64,000 nt of DNA, from NCBI GenBank assembly GCA_044892505.1, contig CM097882.1, positions 66,092,001 through 66,156,000 of the forward strand, read 5' to 3'. This document shows positions 23,301 through 35,032 of the stretch, one piece after another (within the stretch, counting starts at the first letter, position 1; every line of letters starts with the position of its first letter). The notes under the pieces were generated by a model that searched no databases, was not told the origin of the DNA, and was given only the letters and a program-made list of their open reading frames with translations. The position numbers were made by a program, and so were the translations under genes. Source of the stretch: Schmidtea nova (lineage: Eukaryota).

Positions 23301-23718
23301 TTGTTTATATTATTTTTATTATCATTATCTTATTAGTATCTTAATCGCTGTTATTTTTGAGGGCATCCTTGTGGATACAGGATGACCCCCCTTTTTTATT
23401 TTTTATGTAATATTACTTAAAATAATATTAAAAATTAAAAATAGATAATTAAAATCAAAGAAAAACAAGTAAATCAATACCTATAGAAATTGGTAAAACT
23501 ATGGGAATTTAAAAAGAAAATTGACGGATGTGGTAAATGAAATCATGAAAAATAAGAAAATTGAAAATTAAGAAAACAGAGGATATATCGGTGGAAAAAT
23601 ACTTTTGGAATTTTTAGACTTTGTAATTACGTGAGTACAGGTTGATATTTACTGTTATATATAAGTCAATCACATAATAAACAGCCATCCTCGATATAAA
23701 AACAAACAATTTAACCCT
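20309..23718 (+). mobile_element. Non-autonomous Gypsy-type LTR element (Gag-protease only)
   Basis: Direct repeats 20309-20890 and 23297-23718, both cut by N gaps; the 3' copy lacks about 165 bp. PBS TGGTGTCAGAAG at 20914 (tRNA-Leu type). PPT aaagggggaag at about 23262, then tgtaaagg at 23276. Confidence 0.85.
21132..23048 (+). CDS. 638-aa Gag-protease fusion ending in an integrase C-terminal GPF motif; no RT, RNase H or integrase core
   Basis: CYFHNKFGEKAFKCTKPC knuckle; FLIDTGS; IIGADFL; KYEGPFKLL. Confidence 0.85.
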   Translation: MTNPMPNFFVSENGSLQAWLKVAKLTLSLSEITSSKLICSQILTAIPSHIHNEISDQIGEMFTKNNPFEKLCSILANQTNKMQIQEYFTNNRQKDNIQNNFPKPLKQNLEYVQTKIANLDSNEQISCQTSATKNNQTEKKILTDMAHKINAGTYPSINSTHDNKNKTSNHEQYEEENERTEFNETNKILSILISQLDKIATENKRFKLELKEIKEKNLKQYYYPNQTLYKLNWPNPNTRNQNQNFHNNKNKETGNRQKFWKPEIKLANQEFCYFHNKFGEKAFKCTKPCRYTEKNSEKLKSLPLVAPTFHETNTKKLETLPVVAHTFIDKNNAFMVQSNDAEFLIDTGSVISLLPHYLHKNSKNAEKHLTAANGTNIKTFGEHTLTLTINSKKYSWTFLIADVQQAIIGADFLAHYNLTVDCRNKTLTENTSTSKETVKTMATTISKIDIGVIQMGPTNNKSKQNLNHGPEINTLLEKVDKLIATVTFDEKANIKNNEQITTKNSENIENKLKGILKKRPNSENDGKTILTTDYLLIKKPCTKDSEDKYEGPFKLLEINKNVATIIKNNNKIRINIRRTKPFHYNPKPLCNISHNETQTKKKHIKFNNKNEIKNFDKNAIITRYKKLYSECLTQHNTT

Positions 23719-25899
23719 NNNNNNNNNNNNNNNNNNNNNNNNNNNNNNNNNNNNNNNNNNNNNNNNNNNNNNNNNNNNNNNNNNNNNNNNNNNNNNNNNN
23801 NNNNNNNNNNNNNNNNNNNNNNNNNNNNNNNNNNNNNNNNNNNNNNNNCGCGTTTAAAAAACATGTTTAACATTTTCCTTCTTAGGCTAGAGTCACGAGG
23901 TACCGCATAAATAGCTCCTGTACGTATGCCCGTATATACGACCTTGTATACACGTTAATACTGCATATTACAGTCGGATGTAAGCCGGCAGGTGGTGTCA
24001 TCTCCAACGTGTTCACCAGGGTCGATAGAAGGTCATCTTATCCTACACTGATATATTCCTATCTTAGTCTCTATTTTAGGGAATTTTAACCTCGCTAAAT
24101 ATTTGATTAGAAAACGAAACGGTCTTATCCCTTAATTACAACGGTTACTTAATACATCCCTTTATAACTTTCACGTCTCTTAATACTTTGGCTTGACTTC
24201 CTTAAGGTGTCGGTGACGGTCATAAAACGACAAAATGAAAATGAATACGTACGTCTCGGCTTATATGTTTATTCAATTTATTACAATCATATATAATGCA
24301 TTAAGAACTATCGGATATAGTTGCCAGTTCGGTTAGTTGCTGGATTAGGTTCCCGAATACATGTCCAGTCTCCTCTTCTGGCGTCTTCGTTTTTCAGCTC
24401 TAATATGTTTTCGCTTTATGGGCTCTTTTTGACCTCAGGTAGCATCTAAGTTCGGTAGGTTTGCAGTTGGATTCGACGGTTTGTTCATTTTGCATTTTAC
24501 TTTTGTTTTAATTAATTTTTTCCAATTTGCTCTCAAATCAATGGAGTTTAGTTTTTGTCCAACAATATATCAATAATACTTGTTTCATTTATTTCCTTTT
24601 TATAATAGATTACCAAAGTTTTGCCTTATGTTCAATTCATATGTAAATTTTGACACAATTTCCCACTTAATGAATCTAATATAGATATAATTTCAACTCT
24701 GCTTTTGTTTATTTATGCTTTATCAAATAATTCTTTGCTCCCATACGTTCTGATGACAGTCCAGCAATTATGTTTTACTGAAATTAGTCTCCTAGGTGAA
24801 TCGCTAGTCAGCTGGGGTTCGTTCAGCTTTCTGGCCCATTTTTCCATCAAGGTTGCGCCCACACATCCAAGCACGCTTTATCTCATACTTGGCTATAAGA
24901 GGAGTTGTGGCTTGGCCAGGGCCAAGGAATTTTTGAAGTAATTTAAAAGTAAATTATATTTAATCATAGAGTGATAAAAAGCACCAAATTGTTCAATTTA
25001 TTATCAAAAGACAATTACAAAATTTGATCTAAAAACTGTATCTCAAATGGTCAGATCCATAAATTTACTTTTATTACAAAATTGCACCAAAATTTTATTC
25101 CTAATTTTATCAGCACCTAAAGTTGACTCACCAAAACTAGTTAAAATGACGCGAAATACAGAAATTAAAGTGCCATCAAATTAAGATCACTGTGCTTGTT
25201 TGCAAACCGCTAAATATTATCACAGCTACGAAAAGAAAAAATCCAATTTCAAAATGAGAAACCCAAATTTGTTATTAAAATTTTGTATGGTGAGATTTTC
25301 GGTAAATAGAACTTTCTTGGCGTAGCTTAGACTTCCACATCTAAAACAAAGTACTCAAAATCAAAGTAATAGATCAAGTCAACATGGACAAATGTGGAAG
25401 ATACCGAGAATTTTAGGAAACAGATCAAGCTGCTGACGATGCTCTCCAACACGCACTAAAGATGACAGTAAAGGACCGTGATACCGAACTCACACGGTTG
25501 CGAGTCGAGGCCGGTATCATCACCGCAGTACAACCGAAACTGGTCCTTCTCTCTCTGGAGCTGTTTTCAGTGTGAACAGAAGAGACCATTCCATCCCTTA
25601 CATATCATATAGTCACAACGCTAGTTCGACCCAAAAGATTACGTCAGCGTTTCGGCAAAAGAAGCGTCAAGAAGCCCGAGTGCTGGGACAACTCAGAAAG
25701 GAGAGTGTCGAAATCATTGACTTCTCCATCGAACGAAAAATTTGAACTAATTTTGTACATCTATTAAGTGATATTTTGTTTTTTTTAATTTTTCGTGTAA
25801 AACTGTTAATTGTGTGAAATGTGTTATGGCAATTATAATTTATACCTAATCTGCATCTTTTGCTATCGTTTAGTACATTAATATTAAATATCTCTATTT

Positions 25900-27560
25900 A
25901 TACTAAAATAACATGAACTACTAGCTTAGATTCCGAGAAAGACTTTAGATATTTATATTTTGCGTCAATTTATAGTACATCCTAGAAATCAGAGAGTTAG
26001 TGCGGGACAAAGATGCGCAACGAACTTTCCATCGGTCGACACCATCCATTCCTTTGTTATAATTTATTTATCTCGGGATATTGAAATCAACCTTTTGCTT
26101 CTGAGCATTACACCACCTTTTCACTTTTCCCACAGGATCTACATGATCAAAATTGGATTCAATAGTAATAACATTGTTATCCTTCCAATGTACAATTATA
26201 ATTTCATTTTTTGTGTCAAATCGGTAATCATACTCAGCTCTAGGCTGTTTCTTCATTTTCTTCACATCTCTGAGTGGACATTTCTTTGTTCTATTTTCTC
26301 GTATTGTTCTAGTTGCTCTCTAGCCCGAATGTCGCAAATCATATAACAACTGATGGTTTGTAAAAAAGTTATTGAAGTACATGATATGTTCTTTTGGGAC
26401 AATAGGTAACTTTTCCAGAAGAGATTTTACTACTCTCGCACGGAGAGGATCAACAGAAAACTCTTTGGACTTACCGCAATAAACATCAAACGCGTAGCAG
26501 TTAGCCATCTGAACTTGTTGCAGCCCGATTTCGATTACCAAATCGTGTGGGTTTTCCCATAATAAATTGTTTGGCTGGATGATGGCCAAAGTATTTTATC
26601 AGGGACTCATCCACAGACATGAAAAACCTTCTTTTGACAAGAGATTCTCTGAAGAAGAATACACAACGGTCTGACTTTGAACATTTTATCATTCAAACTT
26701 TAAGCTTGAGTATTATCAAGAAAATGTAGGATTCTTTTAATTTCTTGAAATCTGTTGCGTGGCATACAATTCGATACTAATGGAATGCCAAAATCTTCAT
26801 CCAAACTCCAATAAGCATGTTCAGTAGGCAAGTTATGATAACCTATTAAGATTAATATTTCCAAAGATTTCTTCAAATATGCTTGATTAATTTCAAAATT
26901 ATGTCTTTTATTTTGATTTGCGTACAAAATACTGTTTTCAACAATCAGGTTCATTACACTTTCATCAAAAGATTTTCGAACAAGATAACAGGGTTGTAGT
27001 CTTTCATTGATTTTAAAAGACTTTTTTGTCTATTCTGATAACATCGGTAATGTCATGGCTTGTACTGTATGAAGGCAAAGTTTTCATCCATACAGGTTCC
27101 TCACAATCATATTTTCTAGCTCGTTTCGCAGGTCTTACGTAATTAGAAAGAGGTATATCATCCTCGCCGTTTCGGCCTGAATACTCAAGATCGAGATAAC
27201 GAGATATTACCTGGATAGTACATGGCGCATCTCTTCAAAGAGTTGAAGAGGTAACATCATCATCATTTCCTTCTTCTTCATCACTCAAAACAGCAAGATC
27301 TGGTGGAACGAAGAGAACATCGTACTCCTCATTTTTATTATTATTATTATCATCAGCCATTATTGATTCGAGAGCTTCTTCTAATCCTAAATAGTTATTT
27401 TGACTTGTAAAGATGTAACGGAATGCCATTGTAAAAACTTTGGGAATGCTACAAAATATAAATAATTTTAGTACAGATCTGCCCATTGTACTCACTTGAG
27501 TACAGTGCAACAAAATGCAGCCTACTGCATTGTAATTTAAACAGATTGTAAAAATAATAA
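25900..27560 (-). pseudogene. Decayed piggyBac (PGBD3-like) transposase, copy 1
   Basis: ORF pieces: MPRNRFQEIKRILHF, SVDESLIKYFGHHPAKQFIMGKPTRFG, MYFNNFFT, VHWKDNNVITI. Multiple stops and frameshifts. Confidence 0.9.
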
Positions 27561-27614
27561 TACCACATGTTTTACTATAGTCTAATTGTATATTGCATTA
27601 AAGAAATAGTCAAA
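25991..27614 (+). repeat. 1624-bp direct repeat, copy A (copy B at 31560-33183)
   Basis: All piggyBac ORF fragments recur with identical translation at a constant offset of 5569. Both junctions were read directly. Confidence 0.95.
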
Positions 27615-30600
27615 TAATAAATAGTCGATAATGAAGAGTCCGAAAAAAATTTTTGATGATACACCCGCCGTTAACCAGTGCTTAGTTGAATGTCTTCACA
27701 TAGACATTCCTAGCACTGGTCAGAAAGAAGATCCTGATCAAGCTATTATTTTATATAAAAACAATAACTTAATTTTTCCTTCTAGAACATCATCCTTACA
27801 ACCTCTCGAAACTATGAAGAAATACAACAAAACCCAGAATTTTTCCATCAACATTAAACTATCCTTATCAAACCCTAATCCCAATTCTACTTTTGTAAAT
27901 ACCACCGATGGAACTCTCAACCCAAATGATCATAAAATAATATCCCAAAAATCAGAGAATTTGAAATCCAAAAAAATTACAGAATCTATAACTAAGTCTG
28001 AAGAATTCAATTCTAATTTAGAAATTTTTACTAATAAAAATTTCAAAAATGAAAATAGTGGAAGTCATCACTACTTTAATAATAAAAATTACCATTCAAA
28101 TCAAGAAACTTCTAATAAATCCTATAGCAAAGAATATCATAATAAAAATTTAAAAAATAAAAATTTCAATTTCGAAAACTATGAAAAATATGATAATAAC
28201 ACCAATTATTATAAAAATACTGAAGAACCTTATAAAAAATATCAACTTAAAAACTATGAAAATAATAAAAATAAAATACCAAAATTTGAAAATAAAGAAG
28301 AATATTATAACACCAATGAAATGAATACAGAAGATTATATAAAAATTAAAAAATTTAACTTTTTAAATGATTATTATCAAAAAAATCGAAAATATTTTAA
28401 AAGACTCGAAAAAATTCCTATAAATAGAATTATTTTCGAAATTTTAAAATCAAAAGCATTTTTTGAAAATAGGGAAAATTTGTTTAAATTAAAAGCAAAT
28501 TTCAGAGTTCCCGATAATGAAGAGTCCGAAAAAAATTTTTTGCCACCCTGCGGGGGGCAAAAAACTCGTCCGCCTTCGGCGGACAAACAGAATGTAAATA
28601 TCCCAGCAACTGAAAAGAAAGAACTATTCGGTTTTGAGAAAGAACCAAGATATCGTAACATCAGAAAAATTAAAACTAATCAATCTATTACTCCTACAAA
28701 ATCAACAACAACATCAATCATCCCATCTACTTCAATGGTCCCACCAACATCAAGTGTCCCACCAAACTCAATTGTCCCAGCAATATCACTCGTCCCTTCA
28801 ACATCAAAAGATCCTTCAACATCTAATGCTTCTCCTACATCTAATGCTTCTTCAACATCAAAAACTCCTTCAACATCAAATAACCCATCAAAACCAACAG
28901 ATCTTCGATCTTCAACTGCCCCTACAACATCAACTAATCCTTCAACATCTACTAAGCCTTCAACATCAACTGCTCCCTCAACATCAACTGCTCCGTCAAC
29001 ATCAACTGCTCCGACAACATCAACTGCTCCGTCAACATCAACTAATCCTTCAACATCAACTGCTCCCTCAACATCAACTGCTCCTTCAACATCAACTGCT
29101 CCCTCAACATCAACTGAACCTTCAACCCCAACTGCTCCTCTTAAATCCCTCCCAAACATAAATACCACACAAATTACTACCCCCACTGTCCCGAATGATA
29201 TTGCCAAAGCAAATCTGTATTACTCATTTTATAAACCCTCTATACAGATCAAAGGAAAACCTGATGAAATATTCCATATCATTGAAAAAACTCCAGTTAA
29301 CTGGGATATCTTTAATCAGGAAAGGCTTATAAAAACTGAAGAAATCAAAAATTTTAACAATTCACAAATTAGAGTATTAGTGAAAGAATATGCCTCGCTC
29401 CTCTTCTCACTGAACAACATTAAACAAGAAAATTTGAAACTACTTCAAGCTGCAAATGAAAACTTTATTGTCTGGAAACCAATACTCGAAAAAATAGGTG
29501 GAATCAGAGATTTCATTAAAATTAAGAACTTACAGAAAGAAGTCATTGAAGATTTATTTAAAAAATATCACAATTTTTACACCACTCCATCAACTACTCC
29601 ATCAACATCTACTATTCCCCTAACGTCAACCACTAACTCAAAATGTACGGGTCCTTCAACATCTACTGACCTTTCAACATCTACTACTCTTTCAACATCT
29701 ACTACTCTTTCAACATCTACTACTCTTTCAACATCTACTACTCTTTCAACATCTACTACTCTTTCAACATCTACTACTCTTTCAACTTATTCTACTCCTT
29801 CAACATCTACTGGTCCCTTGACCTGTACTGCTCCTTCAACAACGACTAACCCTTCAACATCTAATGATCCCTCAACCTCTACTGCTACTCCAACAACCAC
29901 TGATCTTTCAACATCTACTAATCCCTCAACTTATAAACAATCAAACAATATCTTCATCTTCGGTTCTACACCCTCAAATCCTACAAATCTTTCATGTAAC
30001 ACTAATATCCACAAATACAATACCAGATTGAATACTAAAATTATCTCTCTCCCAGATAAAGAACAGACTGCTTCCTATTACAGAACTTATAATCCAATAC
30101 CCTCCGAAAAAAGAAAACCACTTGAAATATTTAATATCATCCATAAAACTCCAATTTTCTGGGATATATTTAACAAAAATAAGAAACTCACCACTAAGGA
30201 TATTTGCTCGATGAATGAAAAAACAATTGAAGACCTGATAAATCACTATATCGTTTTCTTCTCCTCCCCTCCACTTCATCTGGATAAATCAAAAACTTTC
30301 CAAGTAATTCATAACGATATATACAACTGGCTCCCTGCCTTGGAACTATGTGGAATCACAGACTACCTTACCCTATGCAACTTATCAGCAAACGACATGA
30401 ATAAACTTAACTTTGAATACAACAATGAAAGTACTCAATCACAAAAAGACCTCATTGAATTTGCAGGAGAATCCATGTTCAATACTACCCAAAGACCTAT
30501 TGAGAAAATTTATGCATCAGTTAGCATTATCGACCTGATGTATGACATCTCCAAATTAAAAAATAAAATGATTAATAATGAAGAAAAGAGAATTTCAATA

Positions 30601-31508
30601 TCACACTGCAAACCCCCAACTTGGTTCCCTCTCTTATGCATCCTAGGTGAGGACGCCATCGATTATCTAGAAATATCAAAATCTGAATTCATTAAAATGT
30701 TGATTAAAGCCCAAACATTTCATAAAGAAAGTCACTTTGTATCAATTGACCCTCCTGAAGATGACCTGGATAAAATGATGTGTGAATATTTACACATATA
30801 AAAAATCTCTATCTCCCAATCAATCCTATCTTCCTGAATCCAATCTCCTGCTCTTAGATTCACACCTGCTCAACATTTTCAATCTCCCAATCAATTGTTG
30901 ATCCTACTCACACAATTCCACAACATGTTCACCGAAACAAACTACTACCTCCTGCTCTAAGATTCGCACCTGCTCAATATTCTCAATCTCTCAATCAATA
31001 TTCACACCGATCCTCAATATTCACACCTGCTCAACATTTTCAATCTCCCAATCAATTGTTGATCCTACTCACACAATTCCACAACATGTTCACCGAAACA
31101 AACTACTACCTCCTGCTCTAAGATTCGCACCTGCTCAATATTCTCAATCTCTCAATCAATATTCACACCGATCCTCAATATTCACACCTGCTCAATATTC
31201 TCAATTTCCCAATCAATAGTCAATCCTACCCACACCATTCAACAACATGTTCTCCGAAAAATACTACTACCTCCTGCTCTAAGATTCACACCTGCTCAAT
31301 ATTCTCAATCTCTCAATCAATACTCTCCTCCTGATCCAACAATCCAGTGTCCCTAAACCAGACATTGGCTAGAAGTTTATGAAAATGCTAAAATAAGCTG
31401 GAACTAATGTCTCTGCCCTCAGGGGTGGGACTCGTTAGCCTGTCTCCTCGGAGCAGAAGTTTTTTTTTTAAATAAAATTTGTAGGCCCACTTCTCAGGGT
31501 GGGTCGCC

Positions 31509-31559
<51 letters not shown>
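27615..31559 (+). mobile_element. Poly(A)-tailed 3.9-kb insert between the two direct repeats (retroposed sequence?)
   Basis: Contains one long ORF, 162-bp tandem repeats (about 30860-31330), aataaa at about 31470 and about 50 A at 31512-31560 abutting repeat copy B. Confidence 0.65.
27631..30801 (+). CDS. 1056-aa orphan protein with Asn/Lys-rich N-terminus, STSTAP/STSTTL repeats and a duplicated globular domain
   Basis: Uninterrupted ORF with 18-bp coding repeats. YY.FY.P...KP.EIF.II.KTP..WDIFN occurs twice. No family recognised. Confidence 0.7.
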   Translation: MKSPKKIFDDTPAVNQCLVECLHIDIPSTGQKEDPDQAIILYKNNNLIFPSRTSSLQPLETMKKYNKTQNFSINIKLSLSNPNPNSTFVNTTDGTLNPNDHKIISQKSENLKSKKITESITKSEEFNSNLEIFTNKNFKNENSGSHHYFNNKNYHSNQETSNKSYSKEYHNKNLKNKNFNFENYEKYDNNTNYYKNTEEPYKKYQLKNYENNKNKIPKFENKEEYYNTNEMNTEDYIKIKKFNFLNDYYQKNRKYFKRLEKIPINRIIFEILKSKAFFENRENLFKLKANFRVPDNEESEKNFLPPCGGQKTRPPSADKQNVNIPATEKKELFGFEKEPRYRNIRKIKTNQSITPTKSTTTSIIPSTSMVPPTSSVPPNSIVPAISLVPSTSKDPSTSNASPTSNASSTSKTPSTSNNPSKPTDLRSSTAPTTSTNPSTSTKPSTSTAPSTSTAPSTSTAPTTSTAPSTSTNPSTSTAPSTSTAPSTSTAPSTSTEPSTPTAPLKSLPNINTTQITTPTVPNDIAKANLYYSFYKPSIQIKGKPDEIFHIIEKTPVNWDIFNQERLIKTEEIKNFNNSQIRVLVKEYASLLFSLNNIKQENLKLLQAANENFIVWKPILEKIGGIRDFIKIKNLQKEVIEDLFKKYHNFYTTPSTTPSTSTIPLTSTTNSKCTGPSTSTDLSTSTTLSTSTTLSTSTTLSTSTTLSTSTTLSTSTTLSTYSTPSTSTGPLTCTAPSTTTNPSTSNDPSTSTATPTTTDLSTSTNPSTYKQSNNIFIFGSTPSNPTNLSCNTNIHKYNTRLNTKIISLPDKEQTASYYRTYNPIPSEKRKPLEIFNIIHKTPIFWDIFNKNKKLTTKDICSMNEKTIEDLINHYIVFFSSPPLHLDKSKTFQVIHNDIYNWLPALELCGITDYLTLCNLSANDMNKLNFEYNNESTQSQKDLIEFAGESMFNTTQRPIEKIYASVSIIDLMYDISKLKNKMINNEEKRISISHCKPPTWFPLLCILGEDAIDYLEISKSEFIKMLIKAQTFHKESHFVSIDPPEDDLDKMMCEYLHI

Positions 31560-31563
<4 letters not shown>

Positions 31564-33183
31564 AGTTAGTGCGGGACAAAGATGCGCAACGAACTTTCCA
31601 TCGGTCGACACCATCCATTCCTTTGTTATAATTTATTTATCTCGGGATATTGAAATCAACCTTTTGCTTCTGAGCATTACACCACCTTTTCACTTTTCCC
31701 ACAGGATCTACATGATCAAAATTGGATTCAATAGTAATAACATTGTTATCCTTCCAATGTACAATTATAATTTCATTTTTTGTGTCAAATCGGTAATCAT
31801 ACTCAGCTCTAGGCTGTTTCTTCATTTTCTTCACATCTCTGAGTGGACATTTCTTTGTTCTATTTTCTCGTATTGTTCTAGTTGCTCTCTAGCCCGAATG
31901 TCGCAAATCATATAACAACTGATGGTTTGTAAAAAAGTTATTGAAGTACATGATATGTTCTTTTGGGACAATAGGTAACTTTTCCAGAAGAGATTTTACT
32001 ACTCTCGCACGGAGAGGATCAACAGAAAACTCTTTGGACTTACCGCAATAAACATCAAACGCGTAGCAGTTAGCCATCTGAACTTGTTGCAGCCCGATTT
32101 CGATTACCAAATCGTGTGGGTTTTCCCATAATAAATTGTTTGGCTGGATGATGGCCAAAGTATTTTATCAGGGACTCATCCACAGACATGAAAAACCTTC
32201 TTTTGACAAGAGATTCTCTGAAGAAGAATACACAACGGTCTGACTTTGAACATTTTATCATTCAAACTTTAAGCTTGAGTATTATCAAGAAAATGTAGGA
32301 TTCTTTTAATTTCTTGAAATCTGTTGCGTGGCATACAATTCGATACTAATGGAATGCCAAAATCTTCATCCAAACTCCAATAAGCATGTTCAGTAGGCAA
32401 GTTATGATAACCTATTAAGATTAATATTTCCAAAGATTTCTTCAAATATGCTTGATTAATTTCAAAATTATGTCTTTTATTTTGATTTGCGTACAAAATA
32501 CTGTTTTCAACAATCAGGTTCATTACACTTTCATCAAAAGATTTTCGAACAAGATAACAGGGTTGTAGTCTTTCATTGATTTTAAAAGACTTTTTTGTCT
32601 ATTCTGATAACATCGGTAATGTCATGGCTTGTACTGTATGAAGGCAAAGTTTTCATCCATACAGGTTCCTCACAATCATATTTTCTAGCTCGTTTCGCAG
32701 GTCTTACGTAATTAGAAAGAGGTATATCATCCTCGCCGTTTCGGCCTGAATACTCAAGATCGAGATAACGAGATATTACCTGGATAGTACATGGCGCATC
32801 TCTTCAAAGAGTTGAAGAGGTAACATCATCATCATTTCCTTCTTCTTCATCACTCAAAACAGCAAGATCTGGTGGAACGAAGAGAACATCGTACTCCTCA
32901 TTTTTATTATTATTATTATCATCAGCCATTATTGATTCGAGAGCTTCTTCTAATCCTAAATAGTTATTTTGACTTGTAAAGATGTAACGGAATGCCATTG
33001 TAAAAACTTTGGGAATGCTACAAAATATAAATAATTTTAGTACAGATCTGCCCATTGTACTCACTTGAGTACAGTGCAACAAAATGCAGCCTACTGCATT
33101 GTAATTTAAACAGATTGTAAAAATAATAATACCACATGTTTTACTATAGTCTAATTGTATATTGCATTAAAGAAATAGTCAAA
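31560..33183 (+). repeat. 1624-bp direct repeat, copy B (piggyBac pseudogene copy 2, minus strand)
   Basis: Matches 25991-27614. Confidence 0.95.
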
Positions 33184-33204
33184 ATATTTTATTTGTTATT
33201 ATAA

Positions 33205-33274
<70 letters not shown>

Positions 33275-35032
33275 TACCTGTATACACGTGCTTGCAAGAT
33301 AAAAAACAAACTGAAATTAATGACGGTTATCATTGCGTTGCCGCCATATTGATTTTTTCGTAGACTACTAGTGCCATCTATTGTTGAAATGGGTCACTAC
33401 TTTCAGGATAATCATCATAGAAAAACACGCCTTTAACAAGTGTACCCATATGAGTACAGGTTAAAGAAATTAAATACAAATAAATACAAATAGGATAAAA
33501 TAGAAAGAAAATGAATTTCCGATTACGAAGTAATAACTGAATCAGCAGGAGGCCTGCAGAATAGAAAAATCTAAAATCTAAATATGAAATTAACGAAAAA
33601 AATCAAAATAAAAGTACAATTTATTGTTTCATTAAGTGAATTATGATCCAGAAAGCAGGATATTGCGATCTATCAATCAAAAAAATAAATAAAGTAAAAA
33701 AAAATAAATAAAGTAAAATTCAAACTTACTTTGTAATTGGTCAACTGGCCAACTGGTCAACTGGTTAATTGGCCAAGCAGTAGAGGCTAAAATTGGTGAT
33801 TAGCAGAGGCCATCTCCGATTCTGATGAAGAGGTTTCTACCAGATGTTATGACCAGCGAATATCACAAATAAGTTCTTCTTAAAGGGAAGCGTAAAGTGA
33901 TTTAGTCAATTGGACATGTAGTACACGTAATGTAGAATCAAGGGAAAGCACTTTTAGCGATTGCAAGAAGAGGGCATGAGTGTGGCAGGGAATCTTCTGT
34001 GCTGTTCCAGACCGACCAACTTTGACTTGCAGGGATACGTCACGTCGAGTGTCTATGACCCAATAATTAAATAATTTTAATAGATGAAGAGCTCACAAGA
34101 AACCAAAGACTATGAACACATAAGGCAGATCACGGCTAAAGAGAAGTACATGCAACAGTGGAAGCTAATGAGGATGCTCAAAGTTCTACCGGCTTCATTT
34201 CTGCGCACTCTGGATATACAAATGCGAAAGTGGCATCACGGATTCCGATTATCAACCGAAAGAGGATATTCAAGTACTTACGCCAGGCTGCTGATCCTCG
34301 TCAAAGACGAGTAGCAGAGGCCGAAACGAGAAATTTACTGGGGATACATCCCACAGTCAGAATTCAAAGAAATCGGATTGACACCGGTTACGCCTACTCG
34401 ACCTCTCCGGATCTCTCAGGAGTGACAGATTGTGACAGTTTAGAATTAATTACTAATTAAATCTAAATCGATTTCATCATCTTTAAAAATTTTTGTTTAA
34501 ATAAGCAGTTTTTGATAAAAATACACATTTTAAAAACGCGTCTTATTTAATGTCGTAACAATGTCCTCACGAGTAAAAGAAAATGAAGCGGATATACGAA
34601 GACTCAAATTATAAGAAAAAAGACGACAAGATGAATTAGACAAAAAAAGACGACAAGACGAATTAGGAGAAAAAAGACGATAAGACAAATTAGAAGAAAA
34701 AAGACGACAAGATGAATTGGAAGAAAAAAGACAACAAGATGAATTAAGAGAAAAAAGAAGACTAGATGATAGAAAAGACAAGAAAGCCGAAACAGAAGAG
34801 AGGAAAAGACTAGACGAACTGGAAGACAGAAGACGACAAAACGAGATCGAGGAAAGACGACGTCAAGAAACATTTCAACTTGAATTGAAGAAGCTAGAGA
34901 TCGAGGAAAAGAAATCATTGCCAACAAACAGAAGAGAGAGTCAAAGCTGCATACAACAAAGCCCACAGATTCCAAAGCTCTTGCCATATAACTGTACAGA
35001 AAGGATCTAAGTCTACCTAGAAGGATTCGAGA

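Noticed and set aside
28377-30279. Antisense and alternate-frame ORFs (VDVEGA repeats, LQHQLL repeats)
   Set aside because: Shadow frames of the 18-bp STSTAP coding repeats.
30860-31330. 162-bp tandem repeats as a possible CRISPR-like array
   Set aside because: Contiguous tandem units without unique spacers, in a eukaryotic context with no cas genes.
33820-33850. CTGATGA as a second hammerhead (also 14565, 24730, 28513)
   Set aside because: No stem II followed by GAAA and a cleavage triplet; 28513 lacks the conserved C.
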